Shown here: piece by piece, positions 61,041 through 64,000 of the stretch | Layout of the letters: each line of letters starts with the position of its first letter | Position numbering within the stretch: the first letter of the stretch is position 1 | Assembly: GCA_951406725.2 (NCBI GenBank) | Contig: OX597828.1 | Location: 66,836,001-66,900,000, forward strand | Direction: 5' to 3' | From: Octopus vulgaris | Lineage: Eukaryota | Length of the DNA stretch: 64,000 nt | Made by a program: the position numbers and the translations under genes | Notes under the pieces: generated by a model | What the model saw: the letters and a program-made list of their open reading frames with translations, nothing else | What the model was told of the DNA's origin: nothing | Database searches by the model: none

Positions 61041-61619
61041 ATAACTGCAGATCACTTAATGTAACGGTAGAGGATTAATTTTGTAATGGTTGAAGTTAAT
61101 TTGTAAACAATATTATGGAACGTCGGAGTCGTAATGAGTTTGTAAGGATTGGTTCTTCGTTGATTGCCATTATGTAAAGATGAAAGAACAATGATTGAAG
61201 TTGTAAAGAAAATATTTATTTTACCGTTACATTGTAAAATACCTTGCCTCGACTGGCAGGTGATAAAATCGTAAAGCATGCGAAGTAAAGACAGATGTCG
61301 TAGATTTTCCTTGTATAGTCTGTGTTTGTGTTCTCGTCATTGTGTAGTAGTAATTACAGATAGAAATAGAGTAATGTAAGAGAAAATAAAGTGAGCTAGT
61401 GAGAGTGAGAGAGTGTGGGACGAAACAACTGCTTCGTTGGTGAGTTACCATAGTTGTCCTTTTGTGCCCTTTTCTTTTGCGACGGCGTTTTGTCCAGCCG
61501 GTCAGCCAGACTCCGTTCTCACTAACTCACTAATTTCTTTTATTTGGCACACAGGCCATGGCACAGACGGGACAGCACAACGACAAAATAAAAAACATTT
61601 AGGGGCTGGAATTATACAT

Positions 61620-62500
61620 TAGCTAGTTCGTCTAAAAATCGAATATAATGAAATCGAATGAATTTACACAGTACAATGGAATCGAAATGAATTTTAAAAT
61701 TTTGCGTTGATAAATTTTTCGGGTTCGACCCGCCGGTTTTTTCCTTCTTTTAACATTTTATAATACCTTTTTTTAAATATTTTTCCTTCCGTCTTTTCCT
61801 TCTTTTCCGTTCAGACCCGCTACCCTGGCGCGGCCCCGTTCACTCTCAACTTCCTTATGACATTTGTCCATCTTTTTTCAAATGCTCTTCGAGGCAGGCA
61901 TCTTTTCTCCAGACTGATCTTTCTGGACAGGTGGTAGTTAAAAAAAAAACTAATCAACCCGTGTCCAGAGATAAAGTTGCCTGTCTTAATTCCTCTCCCA
62001 CGCGTCACCCATACGGTCTCTTTCAATACAGCTACTACACAGAAAAATGACGCCTCCTTATCCTTGTTAAAGGAGGGAGACAGCACAATCTTGATGAGAG
62101 ACTCAGTCGATAGCCGAACTCTTTCCGTGTCTAACACCAGTTGTTCGATATAGGTTATCAGTCCTCTTAGTTCCTCACAATGTACGAAGGCGTGCGTGAC
62201 AGTTTCACTGACACACCCGCACCTCGGGCATGTGGGTGGGGTACCAGCACAATGGCTTGAAACCTCTCTCGAACTGGCAAGACCGATCGGTAGCACAACA
62301 AAGCCAGGGATTTCTGGAAGTTGTCCAGATAACTTGGCCCAAATGTTCTTCCGAACAGGTTGACAAACTGTTACTCGTTGAAGCCTAGAGTCTCCCCAGG
62401 ACGTCGTTGGACATATGCTCTACCAACCCGCTATAAAAATCTGCAGTGGTAGCCCTGCTGCTGGTATTGCTCACTCGGGAAAACAGAGCGAGTGCATGTC
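61620..62500 (-). mobile_element. Tx1/L1-type non-LTR retrotransposon ORF2 C-terminal fragment
   Basis: ORF 61820-62296 with zf-RVT-like CPRCGCVSETVTHAFVHC and K..VW..R...FEKRW; A-rich 3' UTR. Confidence 0.78.
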
Positions 62501-64000
62501 TGCTCAGTAACTGACTTTTACTTGGGGATTCTTGTTTTTATAACTATCCAGAAGGATAGATAGATCGCTGAGAACAACAGATTTCGTTGGTGGTACTTAT
62601 CTTAATTTTAGATTTTGGTGGCTTATAAGAGGTTAGAAGGGTCAAATGGCGAAGATATTATTTTGCTTAGCTAAGGCATCTGGCAAATGTAAACTGCTAC
62701 CACAGAAAAACTATTGTTTTACCGTGAGAAAGTGCTGTTGAAGTGTTAATTTAAATTTGGCTATCTAGGATCGAATCCACTTCAAGCCTGCAAGATCCAC
62801 TACGCTAACAACAACCCACAACAAATGTTCGTATAGGGACAAATCGAGATACACGTAACGTAATCTCTGTACGAGTCATAAACCTCGCATATTAATGCAC
62901 TGTGCACACAAGAATTGGCACATATATGTATTTAAGTGCAACGGCCGATGCACTTAAGAATCGATATCGCAATCACATTTCAAGCTTCAAAAGGGTAACT
63001 AAGAGAATGCAACATGCGGGTGGATTTTCTATGGAAATTAAAATCAGACGATATTAGGGCTCGCAAAACACCGATAATTCCCAAAACCGAGTTTAAGTAT
63101 AAGTAATTCTCAAAAAATTTTCGCGGATTTGGAGCGGTGTCCCTGTAACGAAGAAGTTTGTCGTATATTGTATTTTGTTTATATACATACATAGAGAAAG
63201 AGAGAAAGTAACAGGTTGCCTGTATCTGCATCTATGTACAAACAATAACAAAAAATAATGGTATTATATTTATTTAATCAGGAATGCAACGTTTTTCCAA
63301 GTCGTATTTTTGAGAATCAATCAAGTTTCTTGACTTGCTTCATGATTCACTTTCCTTCGAAAATAATCTTTTAAAAAACACAATGCATTCAGTATTGTAC
63401 CTGACAAACTTGTCCTAATTTTTATTGAACTATATCAGAAAATAACAATGACAGGCCCTATGCTTACTAATGAAATGAAAAAGTATGATGCGATTGTGGC
63501 TTTGAAGGCTAAGAAATTAAAAATATATTTATAAGTAATAAATAATTAATTTATTAGGTCTTTATTATACGTGCATATATATTTATTGATAGAGATAATT
63601 TTAGATATTAATTCTTATATTTATATACATTTATATATATATTCATTGATAATTTAGTTATTCAAATATTATATAATTATTTGACTTGAAATTAAATTTA
63701 ATAATATGAATAGTGATTTTTTTGTTGTTAAATATTTAGGTAATTAGATATTGAAACTGAGCTAACTGAATTGTTGTCGGTCGCTTTTAGTTGACTCTTT
63801 GAATTTGGAAGTAACAGAGTTTATTCCATAGCAAGTCAAGGGGATGCTGTTAGTCCTCAGTCAGGTGATCTTTCCCGTTGAGCATATGTAATAACCAGTT
63901 CCAGATTTATTTCAAGGAAGTAACACTAACCAATTTTTTTCTTAATTATTTTCATTAGCCCTAGCATGGTAAAAAGAAAATCAACTGTTTGGAATTTTTT

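Overview
AT-rich, intron-rich metazoan DNA. The repeat landscape points to an octopus (coleoid cephalopod); this is inference. Positions 506-49238 (+) hold the 3' two-thirds of NBAS (neuroblastoma-amplified sequence, Sec39 family). I traced 36 GT-AG coding exons by hand. They splice in one continuous frame (4666 nt, about 1554 aa plus stop) and end in ...GTHPMFQTFEAALGVCKHWLKM*; the 5' part of the gene lies upstream of the window. Introns and the downstream region are filled with at least four SINE-like families, RTE, CR1/L2-like and Tx1/L1 LINE remnants, mariner, Tc1-, hAT- and TTAA-type DNA elements, Helitrons and Penelope-like (PLE) RT fragments. The most striking unexplained structure is a set of unrelated short fold-back elements (inverted arms, one-sided tail, 12-15 bp TSDs). 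They carry ten minimal type-I hammerhead-ribozyme-like motifs with palindromic stem III, and their catalytic-core 3-8 pair covaries (C-G, G-C, U-A). These are probably non-autonomous Penelope-derived elements. Most intronic motifs are antisense to NBAS. No alignments or folding programs were run; all coordinates were read manually.
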